Notes under the pieces: model-generated
What the model was told of the DNA's origin: nothing
Database searches by the model: none
Seen by the model: only the letters and a program-made list of their open reading frames with translations
Origin: Saprolegnia diclina VS20
Taxonomy: Eukaryota
Direction: 5' to 3'
DNA length: 64,000 nucleotides
Assembly (NCBI RefSeq): GCF_000281045.1
Contig: NW_008246071.1
Coordinates: 633,315-697,314 of the forward strand
Shown: in pieces, positions 11,842 through 23,764 of the stretch
Layout of the letters: every line of letters starts with the position of its first letter
Numbering within the stretch: position 1 is the first letter of the stretch
Made by a program: the position numbers and the translations under genes

Positions 11842-12625
11842 GGTCAAAGTAAGATTGATGCACCAACCAAAACCGTATAATGCATCCGGATAACGTACCA
11901 CGGGGTGGAGGACGCAAGGGTTGCCGTCAAGCCGCTTGGGCGCGCTGCGCACTCGTCGAGCTCGTATTGAGAAGCTTTCAGGATGGTGCTCCGCGCATGA
12001 GACGCTTGAATAGTCTTCGCTACCAACATGGCTTCGATTTTGCACCGTTCGAGGTCTGCTTGCATTTACACCTCTACGTGCTTCCAGGCGATGCGAGCTT
12101 AGAGAGTTTAGGTTCGCTGTGCACTCACTGCATGCAGATTTGCTTGTCTTTGACGGTGAGCCCGCACGCTCAGCTTGGATCTCTCTGCCTGCGCCGACAT
12201 CGCTTCCGCGGACGCGAAGCTCGTTTCGCCCAAGGTGCGAGTCTGTTACGCATTGCCATCGTCAGAGGCTTCCTGTAGACGGTGTGCAGCATCCTTGGGC
12301 ATGCGATGCCAAAGGTGAACGTGGTCGTGGACTCCTCTGCAGGCTGCCGCCTGTTCTGCGGAGGCTGGCCGTGGCGCTGACCCTTCAACGTTCAAAATCC
12401 TGTTTTGGAGGGAACGCTGGACTAATAATAATATTAAGAAAATCGAAGTGATACCTCAAACCTGTGACAATAAATACCCTGTAATAATATTGAGGTCGCT
12501 GTCATAGATGGCTAATATGAAACAGATGTTAAACCTTTGAAACATGATTTGCTGCGAGTATCGACTTTGGATTATTCGAAGCATGAGCAATTGAATATTT
12601 CGCGGGCGACAAATCCGACAATGGA

Positions 12626-12661
12626 CCAATCACAGACGTCTTCGGTGTCTTTTTGACCAAT
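12626..12661 (+). promoter_or_regulatory. Tandem CCAAT boxes upstream of H2A.Z
   Basis: GACCAATCA (CCAAT 12626-12630) and GACCAATGA (12657-12661), 31 bp apart, 80-115 bp before the ATG. Confidence 0.5.
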
Positions 12662-12739
12662 GAGATGTGCTATCCGGTGCCGGAGCCGGAGTTGGTTCAG
12701 TATTTTTTTGGCCTCGTCGAGCACAGTAAGAATCGAAGA

Positions 12740-13168
12740 ATGTCGGGCATCCCTGTGGGCGGTGGCAAGGGCGGCAAAGGCGGCAAGGGCGGCAAGGGTG
12801 GCAAGGGCGTGACCTCCAAGAAGGCGCCGCAGTCGCGCTCGAGCCGCGCTGGCCTCCAGTTCCCCGTGGGTCGTATCCACCGCTTCCTGAAGAAGCGCGT
12901 GGCCAACAACCAGCGCATTGGCGCGACGGCCGCCGTGTACACGGCCGCCATCATGGAGTACCTTACGGCGGAAGTGCTTGAGCTGGCAGGCAACGCGTCG
13001 AAGGACCTCAAGGTGAAGCGCATCACGCCGCGTCATTTGCAGCTTGCGATTCGAGGTGACGAAGAGCTCGATACGCTCATCAAGGCCACGATCGCTGGCG
13101 GCGGCGTTATCCCGTACATCCACAAGTCTCTTGTCGGCAAGATCATGCCCAAGAAGAAGCCCATGTAA
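12740..13168 (+). CDS. H2A.Z: Histone H2A.Z variant
   Basis: [82 protein letters not shown] are H2A.Z-diagnostic; (GGK)x5 N-terminal tail. Confidence 0.97.
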   Translation: MSGIPVGGGKGGKGGKGGKGGKGVTSKKAPQSRSSRAGLQFPVGRIHRFLKKRVANNQRIGATAAVYTAAIMEYLTAEVLELAGNASKDLKVKRITPRHLQLAIRGDEELDTLIKATIAGGGVIPYIHKSLVGKIMPKKKPM

Positions 13169-13362
13169 ACACTCTATCTCTGCCCGACGCGCCGTCGTTG
13201 GTCCCTCATTTATCAGATGCATCGCGTCCGAGCGTCGATGCTGTTTCTAGTAGTGCGTTAATCTGCAATGAACGCCCATTCACGTATGCTTGCATCTTCA
13301 TAGTACAGGTCGACAACGCTCTTCATGACGCTAATATACTTCTTACACACATTACATTCGTG

Positions 13363-14004
13363 CTACTCCATGTTGATGTCCCACACGTTCTCATACGGGG
13401 TTGTCAGCTCGTCTTCGTCGTCGTCGACGCGGTACAGTGTCTCCTTTCGAGATGACGACAAGCACGGGGCATCAACACCACCCGAGCTGTCGTCGTCGTT
13501 GTCGATAAAGTTGAGGTGCAGCCGCAGTGCGCGGCCAACGTGTGTCATGGGCGGCTTGGCGTGCTGTTGGTCTTCAACAAAGGCCTTGACAGACGACACG
13601 ACCAAGCCGCCCCACAGCACGGTGCCAAAGAACGCCCAGAAACGCGTGTACGCCTCGCCGTGCCCAAGGCCGTGCGTGAGGTCGCTGTTCATCTGTGCAT
13701 GCATGGCCCGTGTCGTGGACGCGTTCTGCATGCGACTCAAGAAGACATTCATGTCGATCGAGTCCATGCGTGACGTCGCCACAAGCGCACGCATGTACAA
13801 GCGCTGCGCCTCTTGGGACATGGCAAAGCGCTGACCGTCGACGCGCTGGACGACGAGGCTCGGGTGCACGTGGCTGAGCGCCTGGAGCACGCGGAGCTGG
13901 CGCGTCGCGTCATCCGGATGCAAGTTGGCGTCGGCGACGAGCCGCTTGAGGTGGTTGTTGGTCGTCTGGGCGAGCCCGCGGAGGCCGAGGAGACGTCGGT
14001 TCAT
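13363..14004 (-). CDS. Protein resembling only the N-terminal domain plus TM helix of mitochondrial i-AAA protease YME1/FtsH4
   Basis: Presequence-like MNRRLLGLRGLAQ; LKRLVADANLHPDDATRQLRVLQALSHVHPSLVVQRVDGQRFAMSQEAQRLYMRALVATSRMD; TM FWAFFGTVLWGGLVVSSVKAFVED; no Walker A or HExxH before the stop. Confidence 0.65.
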   Translation of the reverse strand: MNRRLLGLRGLAQTTNNHLKRLVADANLHPDDATRQLRVLQALSHVHPSLVVQRVDGQRFAMSQEAQRLYMRALVATSRMDSIDMNVFLSRMQNASTTRAMHAQMNSDLTHGLGHGEAYTRFWAFFGTVLWGGLVVSSVKAFVEDQQHAKPPMTHVGRALRLHLNFIDNDDDSSGGVDAPCLSSSRKETLYRVDDDEDELTTPYENVWDINME

Positions 14005-14767
14005 GGTCGAACGATATTTGGAAACTGCGATCCAAGCGGATCTGGGCCGTTTGGGTCGATGAGCCAATCAGAAACGCAGTTTTTGAAATCCGAAGAAACC
14101 CCGTCGAAGACGCCACCTTCTTCAACTTGAGCTCGTCTTCTTCTTTGCGCCATCATCCAAACGTTTACGATGTTAGCTACTCGTCGAGGTCATCAAAGGT
14201 CGGCCACCGCCCCTCGCGTCCACAGTATACAAGAGCCTGCCTTCTTGGCACCATGTGCCAACGCAGGAGATGTCGGGAGGGGCCTGGAGGCCCAAGATGG
14301 TCGTCGAAGCCGCGGAGATTTAGCATGCGTGGTGTCTGTTGACATCCCTTGCGTTTCAGCGCTGATCTCGTGTGCGACCAGATGCAGAATGATGGTTGTC
14401 AGCGTCTCTATGGATCTTCAAATGTGGTGTTTCAAAACGGAAAACTCGACAAAGGAAGCGGATAGACATCACAAATTTAGACTTTTTGTTGTTGACAATA
14501 GAGCCCGTTCATGTTGCTCACACGTCTGGTATTTGACAGCAAGTGACCATGCGCCTGTGTGGACTTGGCGACGGTAGTACAGTGCACGCAGCATGTTGAA
14601 GCTGGCTCGGCAAGATCGCGCATCTGATGCCAATTGAATATCCATTTGCAGAGGTAACCCGTGACAATGGATTGTTTCAGATATCGAATATAGCCGGTAA
14701 CTGCGGGTATTTATTTTAAGAGGAAAACCCTGTTTGAACTTTCAATCCTCGGCGGCGGTGGACGAGG

Positions 14768-17700
14768 ATGTTCTTGGAGAAGCCGTCGCTAGTCCGCCAC
14801 TCGAATGCTGCGGGTCGAGGTCCGTGCAGGATACCATGCTCGCTGCCTGCGCCCGCTTATCATCATCAGGCGTATGCCATGGGCGAAAGCTGCGAGCTCG
14901 GCGCGATGCAGCTTCAACCGCAACCTTACGTTTTTGTGGCATAGACTGCGCGATCTATGGCATCGACGCGCATCCGACCGAGCCCAAGTTTGCGACCGCA
15001 GGCGGTGGTACGGGCCAATGCAGCACTGTGCGAGGTACTTAGCACGCTCTGGTGTAGACAACTGCGTCAAGATCTGGTCCATGACGCCGTCACCAGATCA
15101 AGAAGGGCCAGTGTACGAGCTCTTGGCCACGTTAGCCTGGCACGAGCAAGCAGTGAATTGCGTACGCTGGTCCCACAGCGGCAAATACCTCGCGTCGGGC
15201 TCGGACGACCACTCAGTGCTCATCTACGAGCTACAAGAAGGCGAGCCGTCGGCGGTGCCCTTTGGCTCGAACCGAGAGCCCAACAAGGAAAAATGGGTCC
15301 GCTGCGCCATGCTCAAGAACCACACGATGGGTACGATCTTCGCTGCTCTCCAGATCCAACTTAGCCCGTTCTGTAGATGTGCAGGACGTCGCGTGGTCGC
15401 CGGACGACCGCATGCTGGCGACGTGCAGTATCGACAACTCGATTTTGATCTGGTCGATGGACCAACTCTCGGCTGTGATGACGCACCCGATCCAGCACCT
15501 CACAGGGCACAATGGCTGGGTCAAAGGCGTGGCCTGGGATCCCGTTGGCAAGGTACTTCTTCTATCGAGCTACAGCATGTCGCAAATGCGCGAACACATA
15601 GTACTTGACGAGTGCTGGCGAAGACAAGTCGGTCATCGTGTGGCGCGTGGATACGTGGGAAGTGCGTTCCTTCATGTCACTAGGATAGCATTCGAGAATG
15701 GCTCTAGATTGAGGAGAAGATTGAAGCGCCGTTCGAGCACTGCGCCAGTACGTCGCACTTTCGCCGGCTCTCGTGGGCACCCGACGGCAGCCTCCTCTGT
15801 GCCACCCACGCCCACATCGTACGTGGCTCATGCGTTGGCCTCTATCGAATGACGCGTCCGGTAGTCCAAACAAGACGTCGGTGCCTTCATCCAGCGCAAG
15901 TCGTGGGCGAATGACGTCAACCTTGTCGGGCACCGGGGCGTCGTGACGTGTGCCCGCTTCAACCCGCGTCTCTTTGGTACGTCCATCGATGGCTGCTGCG
16001 AATGCTAAGGGATGAGTAGCCAAGACGGCCAATCAAGAATTTGCGTGCTGTGCGCTCGGCGGGGATGACTGCACCGTGACGATTTGGCTCGCACACGTCG
16101 CGCGACCGCTCGTGGCTGTCACCGAGTGTTTTGACGCGTCCGTGACCGATCTGAGTTGGTCCCACGACGGCTTTACGCTCCTCTGTGCGTCCTTGGACGG
16201 CGCTGTCTGCGTCTTCCAGGTACGCGTCTCGATCATCATGTGCTCTCACGCGACACTAGCTCACGGCGGACGAGCTCGGAACGCCCATGACACCGCAAGA
16301 GCAGAGCCGACTGTTGCAGCAAAAGGTGGGACGACCACCTTTGGACAGGTCGCAAATCCTACGGTTGTCTAGTACGGATCGTTGGCCGGCCGAACCTCGG
16401 GCAGTACGTTGATCGAAGACCCGCTGCAGCTCGAGGTACCTTATTTGCAAAAGAATCACATAACGAAGTGGTGTTGCAGCTAGAAGCACGCCAACAGCAA
16501 GCCGCGCCGACGCAGTTGGATCGCTTGGCCAAGCGCCTGACGCCCCTCGGCGCCTCCAACGCGACGCTGGATCTACCACCGACCGCGTCAGCCCCGACAG
16601 TATTTGAACCGGCGCCGGCACCAACTGTGTTTACGCTCACGGCGCGCCCCAAGACAAAACCATCGGACGCACCAACGCCAGCCAACACGCCCGTCTCGGT
16701 GCTCGTGCCCCGTCCCAAGAGCAAGGACGCCGTTACGACGCTAGTCGCTCGGCCCAAAGTGCTCAAGAAACCCGAGACGAGCAGCAAGGAGGCCGAGGAC
16801 GAGGACAACGAGCCCATCATCAAGCGCAAACGCATGCTCGAGACGACGCCCAAGCCACGGGCCAACGCCAACACACTCCTCGTGTCTGTCACTTCGTAGT
16901 GTCGTCGAGGATTGCTTATCTGAGACTAGGGTCGATGTCGACGACAAGCAAGATGTCTTTCCTGAGCTAACGTCGCGGGCGCTGTTCACGCACACGATTG
17001 CGCTGCCCCGGGGCACGACCCGCGTCCTCGAATGCAAGCTCGGCGACGACTACTCGTCCATCACGTGCACGGACGCGGGGGCGTGTCAGTGGATGGACCG
17101 TCTGCCTGGCGTCGTCGTGCGCATGGTCGGCAACGAAGCGTTCTGCGCCTTTGGCACGACGGACGGCAGTTTGTACGTGCTCTCGGCGTCGGGCCGGCGT
17201 CTCTTTCCCTGCATTGGTCTCTGCATGCATCATGTCGTATCGCTCACTGATACATGGTGTAGCGCTGGGCCATGAGCTCGCAGCGCTGGAAGTGAGTCCG
17301 CAGACCTCGCCGTACCTTCTCGCGATTCTTCGCAATGGCGACGTCAAGACGTGGAACGTGCTGACGCCGCGTGCGGCTGTGACCACGTCGCTCCGCTCTG
17401 TGGCGGTGCGTCTCTTGTGGCTATGAAATATGGTCGTAGCATGTGCGCTAGACGGTCAAGTCGACGCTGATTCGATCGCATGTGACGGCGACGGGCCAGC
17501 CGATCGTGACGATGGCGCTGTCAGGGGCCGAGCGCAGCCGCCTGCACTCGTTCACGTTTGATCTCGCCATGCTGTGCTGGTACAACCCACCTCGAATCGG
17601 TCGCAGACGCATCGAATGCTGGGCGTAGGATGCGTGTGGCGGACGACCATTTCTCGTACTCGGACTTTCAGACGTCGCTGTCGACGGATGCGGTCGTCGC

Positions 17701-18301
17701 CGCCGACGTGCCGGTACGTCGGACACGGCGCAATGTATGCAGCTTCAGTTATCTCTTAACAACGTCGGGATAGGTGGGCCCGCTCCGCCGGCTCCAGAAC
17801 GCGTCGACGCATTCGCGGTCGGCCAAGCACATGCTGTCGGGCATGACCAACATGGTGCTCCAGCGCCATGTGACGCGGACACACCTCGAGCACCAATTGG
17901 CTGCGTCAATGGCACTCGAGAGTGCGACCGAGTACAACTACTGGTAAAGCGTTCGCCGTCGTCTGTGGTCGTCGTCTGACGCATCTGCCACAGGCTCAAG
18001 GTCTATGCACGGTACCTTGCGCAGGAAGGGGATGTTGCACGGCTGGAAGAGCTCTGCTCGGAGCTCCTTGGCCCGCTCTCAGCGTCGGGTAGCGCCACCA
18101 CAATTCATGGCGAGGCAGCGTGGCACCCACGTGTCTTGGTGAGTCTGATGGTTCTTGAAGGACGCCGTCTCACGAACACGGTAGGGCGCGTCCAAGCGCG
18201 ACCTTCTCCGAACGATCGTGATGCCGCAAATGGCCTCCAACCGCGTGCTCCAGCGACTGGTGCTCAAGTACCAAGTGCAGCTTGACGAAGCGCGGCCGTA
18301 G
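14768..18301 (+). CDS. HIRA: Histone H3.3 chaperone HIRA
   Basis: Spliced N-terminus MFLEKPSLVRHSNAAGRDCAIYGIDAHPTEPKFATAGGDNCVKIW; WD40 repeats (HEQAVNCVRWS, DVQDVAWSPDD, GHNGWVKGVAWDPVGK, FRRLSWAPDG); C-terminal Hira domain HLEHQLAASMALESATEYNYWLKVYARYL. Many short introns. Confidence 0.93.
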
Positions 18302-18798
18302 ACGGCGCTGCGAGTACAATGCTTGGCCCGTTCGAGTAGCCGTGAGGTGGACTGTCGCCAGGAATACTAAGATCATCCTCATCCTTTCGTCATCGCGCTT
18401 GTTGCCACAGTGGGACACGCCGCGTGCTGCAACCTACGGCTGGCATCTGCTGGATGCGCCGCGACGATGTGGCCACTCGATTCTGGTTCGCGCTGGCTTC
18501 TCGCGCGTTCGTGGCCATCCGCGTTGGCAACCATTCGGCGCCCATCACCCAGCCCGCTGGCCCGATCCCAGTGTACCTACCACCAGCTCCTGCCACCGAC
18601 CGCCGATGCCCGCCACGTTCCGCCTCCCATCATCCGAGTAGCTCGCTCGATTTGCGACGATCGCGTGCTTCGAGGCACGGGCTTCGAATTCGAAGCCGTT
18701 TTTCCGGACGATGTATCCGGAATCACGTGCGCCGGATGTCATTGGTGGTTTTATCCGGATGCGCGGAAGATCTGACCGCGCGCAGTTTCGAATTTGCT

Positions 18799-19854
18799 AT
18801 GAAGGGGGAGAGCGACCAGCAGCAGCAGCTCCGGCGGTTCGAGCTCCGCGTCAGCGTCCGGGACTTCCTTGCGGCCCGCGCGGGCGAGGCCACCATGCTC
18901 GTGACGACGTCCGCCGAGGTGCAGCAGGACGCGCTCGAGGCCATGAGCCGGCTTCTCTGCAAGGAGCGCGTGCTCCATGCGATCACAACGGTGCATGGCA
19001 CGTCGACCTTGATCGCGGTCGACAACCTCCCGGCCATGTGGCGCTGCGCGGCTGCGGTCGGAGGAACCATGAACATGCGCAAGCAAGCCGGCCCGATGCC
19101 CGACTTTGTCGTCAAGGAGCTCTGCTGCGCGATGGTGGTCATGGCGCTCAAAATGAACGGTTACGTCATGATGGGCGACCAAGGCACGTACATGCTGCCC
19201 AAGCAAACTCGAAGCGACATGGTGCAGTGCGTCCACTTCTCCGAGATGCACCTCGTGCACGATGAGGTCGTCGCCGTCTTCTCCCCTGTCGTGTACCATC
19301 TCAACAAGGCCGACGCCGCTGTCCACGCGATCCGGTCGAATGCGATGGGTCTCCCCGTCTCGGATGCGAGCCTCACACACCAGCTTCAGACCCACGCTGC
19401 CGTGTTTGCGATGCCCAAGATGAACCATTGCCGTATCATGCAGTACACGACGCACCCGCCTCCCATGATCGGCACGACGGGTATGCTGCCGACCGAAGCC
19501 GACTTTCGCAAGCAGTGGATGGATGTCCATGGCATCACGCTGCCTGGTGATCTTGGTGGATATCTTCGCGTCCAGTTTCCGTCCGGTGCCGTCGTCACCT
19601 ACCCGGCCGCTTGCGTTGCGACAAACTGGCACATCCTCTCCAAGCAGTCGCGGGCCGAGGCGAACGACATCACCCGGCTGGTCATGGTCTCGATGCACGG
19701 TTTCTTTGGCCCGGCGGCCGTCAACGTCCGAAGCGAGCAGTTTGAGCCCAAGGTCGCGACGCTTCTGCCAGCCTCAGCATTGCTCCAGGCAACGTTGCGG
19801 AAACGCGACGAGCACCAAGCCCCCGCGCTCACAAAGCGCAAAAAAGTCTACTAG
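18799..19854 (+). CDS. DUF4708 / C18orf63-like protein (351 aa)
   Basis: Intronless ORF with strong GC3 bias; VFAMPKM…FRKQWMDVHGITLP…YLRVQFPSGAVVTYPAACV resembles the conserved DUF4708 C-terminal block; basic C-terminus KRKKVY (NLS-like). Confidence 0.65.
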   Translation: MKGESDQQQQLRRFELRVSVRDFLAARAGEATMLVTTSAEVQQDALEAMSRLLCKERVLHAITTVHGTSTLIAVDNLPAMWRCAAAVGGTMNMRKQAGPMPDFVVKELCCAMVVMALKMNGYVMMGDQGTYMLPKQTRSDMVQCVHFSEMHLVHDEVVAVFSPVVYHLNKADAAVHAIRSNAMGLPVSDASLTHQLQTHAAVFAMPKMNHCRIMQYTTHPPPMIGTTGMLPTEADFRKQWMDVHGITLPGDLGGYLRVQFPSGAVVTYPAACVATNWHILSKQSRAEANDITRLVMVSMHGFFGPAAVNVRSEQFEPKVATLLPASALLQATLRKRDEHQAPALTKRKKVY

Positions 19855-19914
19855 GCCAAGGCTTAGTCCAACTCCCACATTTATTGTATACGCATCGTCA
19901 TCGATTTGGTCTGT

Positions 19915-21838
19915 TTACGCAATGTACTCGAAGTGCAAGACAGCGTTGCGCAGGTCGTACACGTCCTTGGGCGTGAACGCATACGTCCTTGTCGGCGTCA
20001 AGTGCGACGACGCGGCAAACTCGACGAGCTTCTCCATGTACTTGAGGCGTTGGTCGTCCTTGAACGGCAGCAGAAATCTGAGCAGCACGCAATCAGTCTC
20101 TCGTCTCAACCAATCACCTCCACACGTACACGGACGATTCGACCGACACCTTGGCGCGTGGCTTCAAGATCGACGTCCACGCCGGCGCGTCACCACCCAG
20201 TGCAGGCTTGGTGATCAAGTGGGACGCATGGACCGAGAGATGCACATGATCAAACAAGCCGCGGTACCGACTCTTCTTGAGGACTTCATCGAGGTTGCCC
20301 GTGAGCAGCGTGATCTACCGCATTGCTTGGCGCATGTCATGCATGCGGCGATCTACCTTGGCGTTGCCGAGGGTCTCGAGAATGTTGCGGGCGCGCTTCC
20401 GAGCATCTCTCTCGTCGTCGTCGTGGGAGGTTTGGTTGCTCTCGTCGAGCTCTACGACCTTGACGTCGTCTTCGCCAATGCCGCTGTACACATCATGGGC
20501 CTAGTCGCATCGTGAGGCCATGGGCATGGAGCGAATGAGCACCTTGGCCATCTTGTAAATGTCGCCCGTCTCGATCTCGTGGAGGCACGAGAGGACGTTG
20601 AAGACCGCGACCTCGGCCGTGTTCTACAGCGTTGTGAGGACAGGGTGGGCGATGCAAAACGACGTGGCGGTTCTGTTCACAGCCCGAGCCTTTGTTGTGG
20701 ATCTCAAAGAGACCGTCCGCAAACTTGTTGGACTACAGTAAGACGAGTTGAGATAGTTGTGACGTCATATCGTCAGCCAGATTACACGAAAGCAGTCGAC
20801 ACCAAAAGAGACGTAGGGCCCGACGATGATGTCGAGCCAAAAGCCGCGGCAGAGCACCGAGCCATGTCCGCGCTTGGTAGCCTATGCTCGATAGGGTAGG
20901 ACGCGCGTGGGCATACCGTGATGTAGTACCTCAGTGTAAGAGGCCATGGACCGGTTCGGACTCGTGTACGTCTGGTCGCCAAACTCGAATGCGATGCCCG
21001 AGTTGCGCCACTCTTTGAACTGTCGGGCGTGGACCACGGACGCTTGGTCGATCTTCTTGAGTGACATCTACGTATCGCGCTTATGATTTCGCGTATAGAG
21101 ACGCATGTATGACGCAACCGTATAGTCCCAATCAAAGAGGTTGGTGCGGTAATCGTAGCGGTTCTCGTAGAAGTGACGGAGCCGATGGTCGCGGAGCTTG
21201 ACAACTAGGTGAGCATGCATGAAGCGACGCTTGTATACAGAGCACCATGCGTAGTAGTACTGTCAAAGGGGACGGACGTGTGCCACGACTGGAACGTCTC
21301 GACTAGCGCGTCGCGGTCCTTCATCTTCAAGTGCGAGACATCGACCAAGTCAGCGAGCCGGCCGTGTTCGTTGCAGACGAGCTCGACAAGCTCCTTCGCC
21401 TTTTCCTCGATATACTCGGACGTGCGCTCCTACGCGTACGAGTGAGCTCCTGTACTTTGGCGGCGAGCGCACCTGCAGCAGCGCATTGCCAAAGATCTCC
21501 AAGAATGTGTTGCAGCGCTGGCGGAGCGGCAGCTCCCACTCGTGGACGATCTGGAGCAGCAGGAGCGCACGCGCGAGCGACTCGTTGGCCTTTTCAAACA
21601 AGTAGATGTGCAGCGGCCGCTTCTGCCACCGGCGAGAGCGCGAGATGGTTGTGAGCACATGGCGAATGTCGCCCGGGTTGACGACCAAGATGGTGAGCGG
21701 CGTCATGTCTTCGTCATCACCAGTAGCTTGGTCATTGGCCGCTGGAGTCGACACGCCTTCCTGGAGGTCAAAGGCCGGGGAGAAGCCCCACATGCCCAGC
21801 GTCCCCAGCGAGAGGAGGTTGCCCGTCTTGGACGTCAT
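19915..21838 (-). CDS. DNAAF3: Dynein axonemal assembly factor 3 (PF22)
   Basis: GMWGFSPAFDL, ILVVNPGDIRHVL, LARALLLLQI, FLEIFGNALLQ, WDYTVA…SVVHARQFKEWRNSGIAFE, YTSPNRSMAS, WLDIIVGPYVSFGVD, QNTAEVAVFNV; multi-exon. Confidence 0.9.
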
Positions 21839-21930
21839 GCTGCTCGCTTCTTCGAAAATGCTACCAGATCTTACGCAGCGCTTCGTATCCGGACAATCCG
21901 GTTCACGACGTTTCAGGGCAACGACCGACG

Positions 21931-23764
21931 ATGAGGTACGCGCCGCCTGTCCCTCCTGGCGCATGGTCCCATGCGCCTGGCCTCTAGCGAAGTCGTCATC
22001 TGCAGCTTCGAGGCCGGACTCTATGGCCTCGACGAAGCCTCGCACGAGTGGGTGCTCTCGGTGCCCGACGCCATCCACGTCCACGTCTTTATGGACGACG
22101 CTGGCCTCTTCCGGCTTGTGGGCTGGGTCCAAGCCAATGGCGATGTCGTCGTCAAGCACGCGATCACGCGCGACTGCATCTGGCTTGACGTCAACGAGTA
22201 CTTCGCCCAGATGACCAACGCGATTGACGTGACGTACGGCCTCGCGTTCACCGAGCCAGGCCTCGCGACCGACGCGTCCAACGCCGTGCGCAAGATCCTC
22301 TCGCGCCTCCAAAGCGGTTTGAAAACATAATAAGTGTGTGCTGATGAACTTCTGTGGTAGAGACCGAGCGCGACAACAACCCGCCGGCCGCCATTGCGCT
22401 CGAGGTACGCGACACCACCAACCGCTGGCTCTTCATGCACGTAGTTCTCCGAGCCGGTGAGCCCGACGTCCGATCTGCTCGCGTTGGAAGGCCTTCCTAT
22501 TCTGGCCCCCGTACGTCGCAGCATCAAGCACGAAGTCTCTATGTTGGCGCGTGTAGCTTTTCTCGGCAACGACACCGCCCCGCGCCATGCGTAAGAGCTA
22601 CCCGTTCGCCCCACCCAGCCCGAACCGACCGTCCAGTACGCGCAACAAGCGCAGTGCAAGCGTCCCGCAGCCGGGCGCGCCGCTCGAGTGCGTCAAGAAT
22701 TTTCGGCGCGGGAGCTTTCCACTGGCGATGGCGCCACTCTTGGATCCGTCGCCGCCGCCGAGCTCGTCCGCGTCGCGCAACAGCTCGCGCCGGCAGTCGC
22801 TCGCGAGCTTTGAGGAAGTCGAGCAAGCGGCGACGGCAGCCATCGATGCCACCACAACGCCGCCCAAGCCGGCACTCGAACCCGTCGTGCGTGGTACGAC
22901 CATCGGCCCAACTACTCTTCACGCAGAGCGTAGACAAACCCGTAATGTACCCGAGCTGCATACTACCGGAAGACGAGCACATTAGTCGCCCGTACCAGAT
23001 GCGTCAGGAGGTGCACGTGACGTTCAACGCAGAGCTGGCGCGCTACGAAGGTCTCCCGACTGCGTGGCGCAGCCTCAACAAGCAGTTTGGTCTCCCGATC
23101 GACGCCGTGCCCAAGCGCAAGGTCGAGGGCTACGACGCCAAGATCCCGGCTGTGCTCCAAATGATGCGCGAGTACCTCGTTCAAAACGGCGGCCTCGAGA
23201 CCGAAGGCATCTTTCGACTCGCGCCCGACAAGGAGGCGTGTAGCGCGGTCAAGGACGCCATGAACAACGGCGTCTTTACCGGCTGCAGCGACGTGCACAT
23301 CATTGCCAACCTCATCAAGGTCCTCGAGTCTTCGTCAAAGGCTTCTTCTATGCTGCATTAGGTCTGGTTCCGAGAGCTGCCCGATAGCCTTCTCGACGTC
23401 ATTCCAGAAAAGTGCATTTATAAAGTGTGCGGCGTCACCGACCCGACGCAGGTCCTCGACGTCCTCCGCGACGTGCCGACGTCGCAACGCAGCGTCATCT
23501 TGTGGCTCCTCGACCTCATGGCCGCCGTCGTCATGTGCGAAAAGCAGACCAAAATGAGCGCGAAAAACATGGGTACGGCCGCGTACACGATTGCAGGCGA
23601 CGAGCAGCCGTGTTGTAGCCATCGTGCTGTCGCCCAACCTCTTCAGCATCGCGTCCGACAACCCGATGGTCGCGCTCACCATGTCCCAAAAGGTTGCCGA
23701 GTTTACGACCGTGCTCCTCAAGGCGCGGCTCGTCGTGCAGCACGGATACACGCCGCGCGCCTAG
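21931..23764 (+). CDS. RhoGAP with N-terminal EVH1/WH1 domain and CRIB motif
   Basis: Intron 21936-21987 gives MSEVVICSFEAGLYGLDEASHEWV…FRLVGW…VVVKHAI…TYGLAF (EVH1-like); ISRPYQMRQEVHVTFNAELARYEGLPTAW (CRIB); GLETEGIFRLAP, IANLIKVWFRELP, KMSAKNMAIVLSPNL (RhoGAP). Confidence 0.85.

Noticed and set aside
11842..12045. N-terminal extensions in the ORF track for NSUN5 (also H2A.Z, DUF4708, DNAAF3)
   Set aside because: They start at non-ATG or upstream codons and run through promoter DNA; homology begins at the downstream ATG.
18680..18697. 18-bp perfect palindrome GGCTTCGAATTCGAAGCC
   Set aside because: Single occurrence; lacks the nGAAnnTTCn spacing of a heat-shock element and has no flanking transposon features.
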